Part shown: piece after piece, positions 1 to 12,375 of the stretch
Position numbering within the stretch: position 1 is the stretch's first letter
Layout of the letters: each line of letters starts with the position of its first letter
NCBI GenBank assembly: GCA_051294905.1
Contig: CM119372.1
Location: 39,558,001-39,622,000, forward strand
DNA: 64,000 nt
Direction: 5' to 3'
Source of the DNA: Botryllus schlosseri
Lineage: Eukaryota
The notes under the pieces: generated by a model
Seen by the model: the letters and a program-made list of their open reading frames with translations, nothing else
Told to the model about the DNA's origin: nothing
Database searches by the model: none
Position numbers and translations under genes: made by a program

Positions 1-8
1 GATCTACA

Positions 9-366
9 TTAATCCATTTCGTTTGGACTTTGAATATTTTGAAGCCATCCTTCATTTGAGAATCTTCTGCGAAATTTCATTTCCGAATAGCGAAGGAGTC
101 TGTTGTAGGATCCATGATGCCACCAAAATCCCTTCTCATCTGTTTTGTTGAAGTTTCCATTCAGATTGCTTGCGGCGCACCAGTCATACCACCAAGCTCC
201 TTCGCGGTGAATGGCGCAATTTTGCGGCGGAAGATATCGATCGTGATCGGCATCTTTCGTGGTGAATTCTAGATTGTTGCTATCCGCGAGACCATCGTAT
301 ACATTTCCGGAGAATCCGGAAATATTCAGTCTGTAGTTGTCAGAACTGGGTCCGAGTTGAAAATTG
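9..366 (-). CDS. FReD gene last coding exon (NFQLGPSSDNYRLNISGFSG...FTTKDADHD...NCAIHREGAWWYDWCAASNLNG...GFWW...YSEMKFR...EMD*)
   Basis: tttctatcatccag| acceptor; FReD C-terminal motifs FTTKDxDxD, NCA, GAWW..C..SNLNG and EMKFR; TAA at 11-9. Confidence 0.95.
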
Positions 367-489
367 CTGGATGATAGAAATTGGTTTAAGAATAAAAATA
401 AATATAATGTAAATTTTAATGCTTTATATTTTACTTGGAAATTGAAAAATCATAGCAACTACATCGTTTGATATTATCTATTTTATTAA

Positions 490-1420
490 CCCTTTTAATG
501 GAGGGGGGTCACTGGTGACCCAAGTTCAAGTTCATCTCTCAAATTCTCTAAAGATATATGTCGTAGCGGACTGCTTTTGGTTTCTATGGAAAGCCAGCTA
601 TCATCTGATTTATATGATACATAATTTGAAGGCATAGGGCATGACAATTTTCGAACACCGACGATCTGACATGAGGAGTTTGGCTGAAAATACCCATGCC
701 TAAAATATCCAGATATCTTCCGAGTAAGAAATATAGTCGGAAATTCTGCCAGAACATCAGAAGTCGGCTTGTACGGTATAATGTGCAATTTTTCACCATT
801 TCGAACCTCAGACTTTGTTCTGGGGGTTTTCAGAGGCGGTTTGGTAATTTTGGTTACGCTTCGGTGATTTTCAAGAACGTAATCAAGTCCAAGTTCGTGA
901 CGGAATACAAGTCGCAAACTGGTTTACTATGTCGGCAAATGGTTAGATATGAAAAGGGAAAGTATACCACGTTGTTTCATGCCATTGATCTTGAACTTGA
1001 CCATTATAACCACTCACTGACCACGCCCATATGTAAATTTTTCATGTATTTTTGATTTTACGATATTTGACGAGCCGGGCGGGTTACGGTCGTGGTTGAC
1101 GGCTTGTTTGAAGCCAGGCAACGGTGGCTGCGCACTGAGGCATCATTTTTGACTCTCTGACGCTATACTGGGGGTCTGTCTGGAAAAATGAGAGAGTGAA
1201 AGAGATTTTTCAGAGAAAAAGTTTGTTTATTTAGTCTTATAAAAAAAAACTCTAGACATGTCATGGGGTGTCGATCGAGGGCGGAAACGGCAGAAGGCTA
1301 TACTCCGCCCATTTTTAAACTGGAACAGCTCAGATTAAACTCTTGGTTAGATCACGGTATGAATTTGAAAAGCGATAGTCAGTTCAGCAAAATCTGACCC
1401 CCCCCCCCCCAATAAAAGGG
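490..1420. mobile_element. piggyBac-type non-autonomous element
   Basis: TTAA on both flanks (486-489, 1421-1424); termini CCCTTTTA..G-run..TCA and TGA..C-run..AATAAAAGGG; no transposase ORF. Confidence 0.8.
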
Positions 1421-2109
1421 TTAATACAATCCGGCCCTATAAAATACACTTGAAATCGATTGAGAATGATGATGAATTTGCCCCAATCGCATACTTATCG
1501 TTATAGATATGGAAAGATATAACGGTTTAGTGACCCCGTAAACATAGAATTTGGTGTCGGATTACCCATACTAATTGCGAATATACATGGACGCGAAACG
1601 GAAAGTTAATTTCCATTTTTTTTGACTATGAAATATTTATATTCAAAGACAGCACACGGATGCTGGCCGAGCAGACAATAACTCCAATGTTATCGTATAA
1701 CCACAAGCAGCTAACCAGGGAATAACCGCAAACCCCAAAATTAGAGATGACCGAGCTCGAAGAGAGCTTAAAATTATTTCGGATATCAGAATATATTATC
1801 GAGAAAATTTGGAAGAATAACTTTAATATAGGTACTCCCCATCCTCAGAATAGAATTTAGAGAAGTTGGCAACTCGACGACCGCCAGTAACGAGTCACGA
1901 CACACCACGAAATACGAAGTTTATTACACCCGCAACACCCAGCTCCGTCACATGTGCTGTCAAAACAATCCGCGGCGATAACACCATTGTGTACTCAAAG
2001 GTGGTGTGGACACTCGAAAAATCACGTTACCGTCACGCCCTGATACCTTTTTTGACTTTGTTATTTTCGATCCGTCTGCAGCACTAATTAAAGACAGAGT
2101 CGCTATTGG

Positions 2110-2591
2110 TTTTTGTTGATTTTGACTGTGTTCCATATCGAGCTTAGTGACAGGATTTAGTATGGTATATTTTGATGCTGTCATCTAACACTGTACTAAG
2201 TTTCAAGGGTGTGACTCAATAAGTAGCGTAGTAACTTCACCGTCAAAGTCGAGTATTTGGTAGATGAGCCCGCACCGATATATTGCCGACTTTCATAACG
2301 GAATTACCATGCTAATCATTAAGTGACAATCTCGAAACTTACTGCGAAGTTAGATAACACAACCAAGATATACCATACCGAATACGTCATATATCTCGGC
2401 ATGGAACACTTTCAAAATTCACATATACCAATATCAAATTTTTGCGAAAATTCCTGTATGCGGTATAGGCTCAATGCCAAATCAGCGTACGCAGACCCTG
2501 TATACTCGACTTTGATAGCGTACTTACTACTGTAAATATTAAGTCACAGCCTTCCAACTTGGTACAGTGTTAGATTACCTCATCAAGGTAT
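2110..2591. mobile_element. Diverged foldback MITE; its right arm is interrupted by the 2592-4040 element and resumes at about 4049-4095
   Basis: atctaacactgtactaagtttcaagggtgtgactcaat (2183) is an imperfect reverse complement of attaagtcacagccttccaacttggtacagtgttagat (2538-2575); symmetry continues past the insertion. Outer boundaries approximate. Confidence 0.55.
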
Positions 2592-4040
2592 CAGAGTTGG
2601 ATCAATTGTAATTTGTAATTGTAATTGAATGTAATTATTACATTTTTCAATGTAATTGTAATGTAATTGTAATTGAAGCATTTTTATTTTGTGTAATTGT
2701 AATTGTAATTGTAATTTGACAAAGATTTTGCTCAATTACAATTTCAATTTCATTAAATTGCTATTGAGACCTGACAAGCACAACATAAAATAATTGACTT
2801 ATAATGCATTCTCTTTAAATGTCGACAAGGAATTTGATGGATCCATTCGCGGAAGCCCTTGACTGCGCCCTTGCAGGCGAAGTTTTTTATTTTTACCGCT
2901 ATGCTGGCCTCGGCTGCCATTGTATACAATTATTAGATTACTAACCAACGGATGGATTCACAACACGTGACTCACCATTGAATACGCCGAGAAGCGAACT
3001 GCTGAGCCGGCTAAAAGCAGAAGAATTGATGGTCCAATTGCTGGCGATCCAAGCGTCGAAATTTGATATGTATGGTCCTAATCGCACTGATTCCGCAATA
3101 AAAGTATATTTCCAGGCAATGGTACCATCCCAAAATAGTCGTGAAAGTCTGGGAATCGGCATTGTTCTGAACAATCGCTGGGCGTAATTAGTCATTGTTG
3201 TGGTCATGCTGCTGCGGCGCTCTCACTTTTCAGAACAGTCGGCCTTAAACGGCTATTTTTGAGCAGTTACATTGCCCTGACGAGATTTTAATTTGTATTT
3301 TCGGAATTAGTGCATCAATAGCTTACGATAAAGACCAGATGCATCAAATTTGGACGCTTGGATCGCCAGCTCTAGGACTACAAAGTTTGCTGCTTTTAGC
3401 CGGCTCTGCAGTACGTTTGTCGGTGCATTCATCCGTGACTCACATCTTGCGCATCTATCCGTGGGTTGGCAATCTACAATACGATTTCAGATCACGATGC
3501 TGCATCGTTACTTCGTCTGGCTAACTAACCAGACCACTGGATATTATATAACGTCTTATCTGACAAAGCACGGTTTTGTTTTTACTCCTCATCCTAATTC
3601 CTACGTCCCTCGATAAAAATAATAATATTTCTTTAATTATATACTATATACGCAAATCCAACACGTGCATAATAAATATCATAATACTTTTTTCAACGAC
3701 ATACTGCATACTGGAATAGTTCGAAAACGTTTTTTTCTTTTTATCAATTAACGGGTATTTGCGCATCATGAATGAAACATGAATACTTGAATTGTTGTTA
3801 ATTACGACGCTACGGTTGTCAAGGAGCACGGTTGAATTTATGATCATTCAATTACATATTCAACAGCAGCAATTGTAATTGTAATGCAATTGAAGCATGC
3901 AAGGAGTAATTGTAATTGTAATTGTAATTTGATATTTTTAGCATGGAGTAATTGTAATTGTAATGTAATTGAAACGTGCATGAAAGTAATTGTAATTGTA
4001 ATTGTAATTGAACTGAAATAATGTAATTGATCCAACTCTG
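2592..4040. mobile_element. hAT-type MITE with (GTAATT)n subterminal arrays
   Basis: TIR CAGAGTTGGATCAATT/AATTGATCCAACTCTG; perfect 8-bp TSD caaggtat (2584-2591, 4041-4048). Confidence 0.9.
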
Positions 4041-4461
4041 CAAGGTATATACTACGAAATCCATCGCCGTATAGAACAAAATCAAACTCTACATATATTA
4101 ATCCTGCCGTGTACAAATTTGTCAGTTGTCAGGTCAAAAACATTTCTTCAGGTCACACTACTTCGTAAGGACAGACAGTACTAACCAGAAACGAAGGTTA
4201 GTAGCACAATTTTACCATTATGTTCTAAAACACCTAATTTGCATACGTAAGGTCAAAAAATTTTTAGATCAGAAAATGTCCAAATTTTGTTTTTTTAGGT
4301 CAAAATCATCCGTTTTTAGGCAAAAAATCACTTCACTAATAACACATTATTTCTCTTAAGAATTTTTGCTATGCCTTGAATTTCTTCGTGCCTCCAATTC
4401 CAGAGCCACAGGTTCGATGTGCGATCTATGAAAAATGTCAACACACAAATTTCATATGTAC

Positions 4462-4561
4462 CTATATTTTGCCACCCAATATGTTCCATCATCTCTCGTG
4501 TTCATGTTGATTTTCAACTCGATGTTCCCTTCCTTCGTCATATGATGCAATGCCTCCAGTC
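4462..4561 (-). CDS. FReD gene exon 4 (GLEALHHMTKEGNIELKINMNTRDDGTYWVAKYS)
   Basis: ctttttcag| acceptor and |gtac donor; 100 nt, phase 1 to 2, matches both neighbours; FReD GLE.LH.T..EL.I..AKYS pattern. Confidence 0.9.
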
Positions 4562-4726
4562 CTGAAAAAGGTATACGGTCAGTTATCACAACCTGATGTG
4601 ACATTCGGCAACCGTTCTTACATGACACTGGATGTGTACTTATCTGCAGTCTTATGACCTTCGGGTCTCATATATGGGAGAGTGCGACATGATAAGATCC
4701 CTCTAAATCATACAGAATTCGATTGA

Positions 4727-4940
4727 ACTTCAATATACAATTGAATAGTATATTCATATTGAAATAAACCAGAATATTTTCGGCTGACACTCGTCAGGGG
4801 TAGACCTCATCGTCAGCAAAATAGGGAATTGGAAAAAACATACTATATCAACAATCCTACCACAATGTATGACGTCGCCAGCATGAAATTTCTCCTATTC
4901 ATTTCAGTATGAATTGAATATATACTATTCAATTATATAT
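4727..4940. repeat. Short copy of the element that hosts the SINE at 48051
   Basis: gaacttcaatatacaattgaatagtatattcatattgaaa...cggctgacactcgtca...gcatgaaatttc matches 48012-48050 plus 48465-48589. Confidence 0.7.
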
Positions 4941-5402
4941 ATAGTCGGAAACTTCGTGTAGTAGAGGTTTCAGGGTCGCAGATTACGGTAATAATATCGG
5001 TACAAGAAAAAGAAACAGTTGCATACAAATTATAGTCGGGAATTGACGACTTTCACCTTGACCTTCTCTGATCTGAGACTGATCTTCTGATCAAGAAAGA
5101 TCTGGTTATCGTGTCATCAAGTTTTGATTGATTGAATAACCGATGACTAAACTAGGGCTCTTCATAGTCACTTATTATTGTATGAAAGTGCTTCAATTTA
5201 ATTCCTTCTACTTGAAATGATGAGGGTAAATACAGGGAATTGGGCTTATTTATGGGCATACCTTAAAAATCCAAGAAATCAATCATAGTAGTTATGCCAA
5301 AAACGTTTCTCATTTTGTTGACAAGTGTGATCTATATCAGGCAAATTCACGTGATAGAAGTTGTAGAAAGCGATGGACATAAATTATGCAAATACACTAA
5401 GA

Positions 5403-7010
5403 TAGTGGTTCTTAACCTTGTCTCCAGCTCCCCCCAGGGGGCGATTTGGATTTTGTAGGGGGCCGAAACGCTCAGGCGGAGCGCTGTGCTCAGGGGGCGA
5501 TACAGGGGGCGCTGAAGAAAAATGGCTTCACAGTAGATGATGTAGTAGTAGGACATATCCGTAATGAGTGTTCAGAGAAAATTAACATTCCACAAAACAT
5601 GTCAAATCTCGAAATTCTTGGCCGCACTACGCGCTGACGTGTGCTTCATATGTTTTCATAAATGTGGTGGGTTATTTTAATTCATGTAAAATGAATTGCG
5701 CGTACTTTTAGACCGCCATGTCCCACTAAAACACCACCGTCACGCTTGCTACGGTTAAAAATATGTTTCGAACTAGATATTATATCCTGCAGTGCACAGC
5801 GTGTGGAAATCGAAGAAGGAAGCACTGTATATTAGGGTTGTCCATAATTTCGAAAATCTTACGAATCTTCCGTTGTAATGTCTTATTCTATAGATTATTG
5901 GTAAAAAACGACACTGAGCCTGAAAAAAGCTCACAGGAAGGCCGTTAAGATTTCGTGCAAAGCGTTTGAAAGTAGCTGCCGAAGAATGGGCGTGCCACCG
6001 ACCATAGAACGGCGAGAACACTAGCAATCACGAAATCACTGCGTCACTACGTCTAAACCTAAAGCATGATCGCTTTTTTGTGAAGGAAACCGCCGTAGCC
6101 TATATGCCTTGTTTTCAACGAGGGAAAGCATAGGCGCTTATGCAAATACCGACGGATTCCTAGTTTCAGAAAGGCTATATCATTATTGAATACAAAGATA
6201 AAGCTTAACAATGACACTATAATTTGTGTGAACTTATTCAGCCAATATCAGACTCCGAAAAGTGTGCCAAAAAGATCGTCAGCAAGAAAACCTTGGCCGA
6301 ATAAGTTTGCCCTTATGTTGACCGTAAACGTCGTTGTAGATAAGTCTAATTTAATTGTCCATAGGCCCGAATTATCATGTCCTCGCAATCTGCACCCCAC
6401 AGGACAAATAACATCCATCAGAGAGAAATTATTTGCCAGTGAAGAAATACCAATTTTGAACCGTATGCATACTTTAGTTTAACATGATTATGCGTTTCAT
6501 GATCTTTTGACTATATAACGGACAAGAGGTAACAAAGTAACAACATGTAATGAAGTAATTTTTACCAATAGGCACGCCCGAATATGTTCAAGTATTAATT
6601 ACCTGGCCTTCATTTTCCAAGACAACAGCTCACTCAGCACTACTGGTAAATCTGATTACGTGGGCTGGGAGGTTAAAATGTTTATAGCGACATATATATG
6701 CAATTACCACCTATTCGTTCATGCATTATAGAAAAAACTGACGCCTTGGGCGACCAGACCACACAAAGTTTGCTGACTATCGAAATCACGCGACGGGGTT
6801 CTGGGGGGGGGGGCGAAGCCCCAAGAGGTTTAGTTTATCACGCTATGGGTGCCCAAGACAACAGTTTCTTAAGAGGACTGGCGAAGTGCTGCAACGGCCC
6901 TTCCTCTTACCCATTGTCTTTATTACAGTCCTTGCAATATGGGGTGGGGGCGCTAGAGCACGATAATTTTTGAAAGGAGGCGCTGAAGGAAAAAAGGTTA
7001 AGAACCACTG
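5403..7010. mobile_element. hAT-type MITE in a FReD intron, about 20 bp from the exon-3 donor
   Basis: TIR (T/C)AGTGGTTCTTAACC; perfect TSD cactaaga (5395-5402, 7011-7018); related inverted copy at about 61420-62925. Confidence 0.9.
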
Positions 7011-7029
7011 CACTAAGACTAAGTCATAC

Positions 7030-7126
7030 CCATCCAAAATTCTCCTTTCAAATCGCCAAATCCCTTCACGTAGTCATTCCAACCCCGGTAGAAATCAACT
7101 TCCCCGTTCATTCGTCGCTGGAAAAC
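7030..7126 (-). CDS. FReD gene exon 3 ([33 protein letters not shown])
   Basis: Hallmark FReD motif VFQRR..DF.R.W.DY..GFG...EFWxG; ag/gt boundaries; 61-nt upstream intron; phases consistent. Confidence 0.95.
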
Positions 7127-7187
7127 CTTTTTGAGAGCGGAAAAATGAATATATATGTTCTTTAGAAAAATCACTCATTCAACTCAC

Positions 7188-7342
7188 GGTCCAGTTTCCA
7201 CCTTCATCAGCTAAGTCACAAAATACGTCAATGAATCCAATTGTTGGGATGTAGGACTCGAAGACGCCACCAGAGTCATTCCGTGCAAATGCTGATTCGA
7301 ATTTGGGACCATGGCAACTTCTCACGGGAAACGTTTCAAAAG
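7188..7342 (-). CDS. FReD gene exon 2 (AFETFPVRSCHGPKFESAFARNDSGGVFESYIPTIGFIDVFCDLADEGGNWT)
   Basis: ttctag| acceptor and |gtgagt donor; contains the FReD N-terminal motifs RSC and VFCD..GGxWT. Confidence 0.9.
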
Positions 7343-7405
7343 CTAGAAATCACGGAATTCATTCCATAAACGTCGCTCGATCAATGATAGAGATAGAAAT
7401 CTCAC

Positions 7406-7609
7406 CTTCTTTGATTTTTCTGTCGATTGTTTGCTCGATCAAAGTCATGTTTATGACCGCTTGTGGTCCTTTAGGCAGTACTGGCTCACACCACTGCTGA
7501 CACTGGCTGCAGGGAATCCCTTTGAAACGGGCTTTCGACCTTTTTTCGCCCACGTGGAAGGGGTGTTCAATAGAAATAAAAGCAGCAGGAGAGTACACAT
7601 AAATTCCAT
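7406..7609 (-). CDS. FReD gene exon 1 (signal-peptide-like start in one frame; ...PCSQCQQWCEPVLPKGPQAVINMTLIEQTIDRKIKE in the FReD frame)
   Basis: ATG at 7609 gives MEFMCTLLLLLFLLNTPSTWA. The donor G|gtgag at 7406/7405 joins in phase 1 to exon 2 across a 63-nt intron. The ATG frame is one base off the downstream frame (see findings). Confidence 0.6.
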
Positions 7610-8122
7610 CTAATGTTGCAAACGCAGATAAATATTATAAATTTGAAGGACGAAATATATAAGAATCTTTTTAGTAAGCAGATAGCATCTACCAAAACAA
7701 GAAAAACTACACTAGAAACATCTAAGCCCCTAAACACCGTTTAGACCCCTGCAAAAAAAAATAACACGGACAATGGCAGGGTGTCAATGATATGAATCAT
7801 AGTCGATTTCTGACACAAAAGATGTGGCACGCAATACGTAGGATTTACTGCATTACATTACATCCACTTTCCACTGATCTTTTTGAGCCACGCATTGGTT
7901 AAGAGAATTTTGAATATTGTTTGATCGGAAACCAAAACAAATCATCTTCTTCCCCCTTCATCATCGAAGCAATTATATTAGCGAGATAACAATATGGTTG
8001 CTCAAAACAGTGATGGTGGTAATGCATATTACACGCAGCATTGGCACGGATAGGCTGGTTGGCCATGTAATAGACGAATTATTAATCTCTCTTCTACCTG
8101 GGATATAGACGTTATGTTAGAC

Positions 8123-8480
8123 CAGTGGTTCCCAACCTTTTTCGACCCATCGCCCCCTTTTCAAGGTCAACACCGATCATCGCCCCCCAAATTTTGTGTA
8201 CCGAAAATTGGGCATACAAACTGTAATCACCGGCGGGTTGACTAAAAAAAAATGGTCAAATTTTCAGCTCGATATCTAATTTAACACACTTTTGTAACTA
8301 AATTTCTGTGGGTTGACTAAAAAAAAAAATGTCGGCCGTTTTGACGCGTCATCGCCCCCCTATCGCCCCCTTCGCTATTTTCGTCCCCAATCGCCCCCTT
8401 TGTCCATTTTCGCCCCCTGTCGCCCCCTTCGTCATTTTCGCCCCCCTAGATCGCCAAATCGCCCACGTTGGGAACCACTG
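8123..8480. mobile_element. hAT-type MITE with CGCCCCC subterminal repeats
   Basis: TIR CAGTGGTTCCCAAC; perfect TSD tgttagac; same ends as 31636-33318. Confidence 0.92.
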
Positions 8481-8692
8481 TGTTAGACGAATCATCAATT
8501 TCGCTATACATACTTCTCGTATTGAAATGTATTAAGGCTCTTCATCGGCATCCTATACAGATAAGTGGTGTTTCGCAAAAGTCTGCAACACATTGACGAC
8601 TCGCTATCGTGCCCCCGAGTACGTAATCGAAATGTACTGAACCATATAGTACGTAAATATTGAAACGCTATTGCAACGTAGGTCTATTAGAT

Positions 8693-10049
8693 CAGTGCTC
8701 TTCAACCTTTTTCGACGTGGTACACCCTTTTAACGTTTGCTCAAAACTCGTACACACCTGTTCATTAGGGGTCTTCAAAAATGACTTTTTTTCTCAAATC
8801 GTACTGGCTACTTGATAAAATTGTTAGGTTACCTAACTTAAGCCTACACACCAAATTTGGTTCAATTCCAACCAGTAGCCGCATTGCTGCGGGAGAAAAA
8901 AGATTTATTTATTATATAAAAATAAATAACAAAAAATTTGAAATTTTTCTTTCCACCCCATGAAAGTATTAGGTTGTCTAGAAAAACGATGTTCTTCAAA
9001 TTTGGTTCAATTCCAACCAGTAGAAGCGGACTTATTGTCGTCAAAAAATTTGGATTTGAATAAAATAGTATTTGGTCACTGAGTCTATTCGCAGCCAGTT
9101 AGGCGACCCGCCACGCAAATTGGAATTTATTTCATGTCAGCCCAAAAACAGCATGACATTACGAACGATAATTAGCCTAAATGTAACAGTATTGGGGAGA
9201 GAGTAGGTAAAGCTACACCTGCAGAAGCGGTAATTCAGATCAGCGATGATAGCAGGCGCACCAGCCTACTGCGTATCAGGCCTGCCTCACACCACACACA
9301 GTCGATAGTAGCACATGGGCTGCAAGAGATGTCAGATCGTATGCCGCTATACACAGCCTATTGTCGCTAATTTGCATCACTAATAACAAAATACTAAATT
9401 GCAAATGTATGGCAAAATATTGGACATAAAATCGGCATTTTAAAACAAAAGGGTTTCGATTTCAACATGGAAGCTGTTTCGACTCTGGCTGGCTACGTCA
9501 CTTCCTTCATGTGCATTGCGGTATTTATTAACTGTCGGGTAGGAAGTACCGATTCAAGAAGTCTGAGCTATCACGGCGGTTTCCTCAAAAATCACTAAAA
9601 GACAAATGACTAGCTGAACACGCATGTTTGTTAACTGCATACTTTCCAACACCAAACGGAACAACCATTGGTCTATTGCCGACGGCTAAATGAATAGGAG
9701 GAATATTTGCTTATGACATCACAATCAAGTGGTGTTCAGTATTGCACTTGAGATAACATCCTACCATATTGCTCATTAACCTGCGCGTCAACCTGTACTG
9801 ACCCATAAACCTGTCTTTAGTGTGCCGTTTAACTCTTGAAAAGAGGTAGGCCTACCCGAAAAGTCTTCGAGTTCAATAAATAATATTTTACAATGGATAT
9901 TGTATTGAAAACCTGCCTTTGTGATAGCTAGCCATCGGCTCATTGTAATTCGGATCTGGTACACCCCTGTACACCCCATCCGAGTGGTACACCCTTTGCA
10001 AATTCTGGTACACCCTAGGGTGTACGACAACCCCGGTTGAAGAGCACTG
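8693..10049. mobile_element. hAT-type MITE with GTACACCC subterminal repeats
   Basis: TIR CAGTGCTCTTCAACC; perfect TSD tattagat. Contains a segment (about 8767-9075) with an inverted homologue at about 19965-20275; its right end has an inverted homologue at about 21757-21875. Confidence 0.9.
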
Positions 10050-10352
10050 TATTAGATAACGTCATATGGATCAGATATTTGACCAATTGACCATGTAAAA
10101 GTCGAATTCCAAGATATATGACTGCACATTTGTCAATATCCTATACCAATCATCGCTATTGGATACATTCACATGGAGCCGTATTAACAACGCACTCGCT
10201 CTATTTCTAGTCTATGGGGAATTGCCTCAGCTGCTGCTGCCTTAGGATCTTATGCATGCTGTACTGTTACTAACGCTTAACTCGAATCATTGATAGCATT
10301 ATAGTTTAATTTCTCAGTGATCCGCCGGTATAGTAGCGTTCGAAAATTATTA

Positions 10353-12375
10353 TTTCGACCAACAGTTTATACCAGTGATTCCCAAGCGCGGCCCCGAGGG
10401 CCGCATGCGGCCCCCAGATAGCCTTCTTGCGGCCAATAAAATATATAAAGAAATCGATTTATGACAAAAAATAAAATTTATATTTATAAAATACTCTTGC
10501 TTGGCTTGGCCTCAGTAGTTTTTAATTATAGAATTGCAGGAAAGATGTGAGTATAGACTGCCAACTTTACGTTGCTGTTTCAATGCAATGTGCTCTAACT
10601 TTCCAGTTGAACGAGCAGTAGCTATAGATGTAAATAGTTATTGATAACTTTCAAAACCGGAGGAAAATCCTGAAAAATGGTAAATTTTTCCCACTTCGTG
10701 GTCGTTTGACTAAAAAAGAAATAGAGGCTCAACTCCCGGAAAATACAGTTTTTCTTTCACATTAACAGGTATTTGACTGAAAAAAAGGTCAACTTTCCGG
10801 TCCATCAGCTCCCGAAATAGCCGCCGTAGCGTTCCTACACTGCTGACCTAATGTATATCAGTCGAATTTCGCCCTATAAGAAACCAAAATCCTCAAAAAA
10901 AGAAGACAACATCTCAAAAAAGAAGACATTTGGGCGTCCTCCGAGGACACTTTAAAAAAAATCAAAAAAATAGGACACATCTTAAAAGAGGACGTATGGT
11001 AACCCTATATGATAACTAGATGCGCAACACGTGACTCACGATTGAATACGCCGAGATGCATATTGCTTAGCCGGCTAAAAGCAGCATAATTGGTAGTCAT
11101 ATAGTCAGGGCCGTAACTGCAGCACCCCAAACCCCCCAATTGAGGGGGGTCGAGCTCGAAGGGGGTTCAAAATTATTGCGTGAATTAGCATAAATTGTAG
11201 AGTATTTTTTGAAAATTTATGCAACTTTTTCAAAACCTTTTCGCGCTAGAACGCGATTTCAATTCGTCATATATCTTGATTATTGGGTACTCTTCCCCAA
11301 GAAAAAATACGCAAGATTTACAGAAATGTGACATGTGACTCCAAGAAGTGTGTTAGAACGATCGGCAACGAGAAAGCCTTGGCCGTAAAGGACTGCTTTT
11401 ATGCTGACCAAAAACTTCGAAATACCAAAAACTTCGTTGTATATACAAAATACATATAGGTTTGAATGTCCATACAGGCGCCTAAATGACTGGCGCCGAA
11501 TGTTCTTGTCTTGGCAATCTGAACCTCACAAGACTAATACCATCCCGCAGCAAAGAAAATTATATGCCAGTGGAGAAATACAAATCTGAAATCGTGTGAT
11601 CTTTCAGTACAGTAGGTTAGGGCAATTCTACATTTTTTAATATAGCAGACAGGAGGTCACGAAATAATATCATTTAAAGAAGTCATACCTAGGGGTCCGC
11701 CCGCCCGAAGATGTTTAATTTTACGGGGTCTGCAGTTTCAAAGACACCTCTCACTCAGCTCTACCGGTAAATCTCCTTACGTGGGCAAAGGGGACAACCA
11801 TATGCAATTCCCAATCTTATTCACCGATTTTATCATGAATTATCGAAATTATCGAACAACTTTAATTTCGTGGCAAAAGCGAACAACGTGATGCGGGGTC
11901 AGTTTATCACCCTATAGGGGAGCCCGGGGTCCTGACGAAGTGATGTTATGTTCCTGCCAACGGGTATACCCCCGTAGATGTTTAATTACTATTGAGGGGG
12001 CCTACACCTTTTCAAACACACCTCACTCAGCTCTACCGGTAAATCAGATTACGCGAACAGAAACAGGTTGAAAATTGATAGCAATACATGCAGTTCCCGA
12101 TTATGTTAACCGATTCAGTCATGAAACTAAATAAATTTCTACCGTTTCGCGTGTTTAGGCGAGAAAAGCTGATTCACGCAACGGATACCCAATGCAGCAG
12201 ATAAGTAGCGGTAAACAGTGTACAGTTTTGAATTCTCGCCAGGGCAATAAAACTACTCCGAAATAGCCATGATGACTGTTTGGCTCCGTTTCATAGCCGT
12301 AGTATTCGTGCGGCCCCGACCGTACTCTGAAATTCTAAATTTGGCCCTCACACCGAAAAAGTTTGGGAACCACTG
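10353..12375. mobile_element. hAT-type composite MITE (GCGGCCC subterminal motifs) with nested elements
   Basis: Termini CAGTGATTCCCAA/TTGGGAACCACTG; perfect TSD gtttatac; nested piece ending ggacgtatggtaacccta at about 11006 is homologous to 63323-63690. Confidence 0.88.

Noticed and set aside
495..1055. Overlapping 140-aa and 119-aa ORFs
   Set aside because: Inside the TTAA-flanked MITE; no recognisable transposase or other motifs.
3844..4116. ITITIT/QLQLQL ORFs
   Set aside because: Translation of (GTAATT)n arrays.
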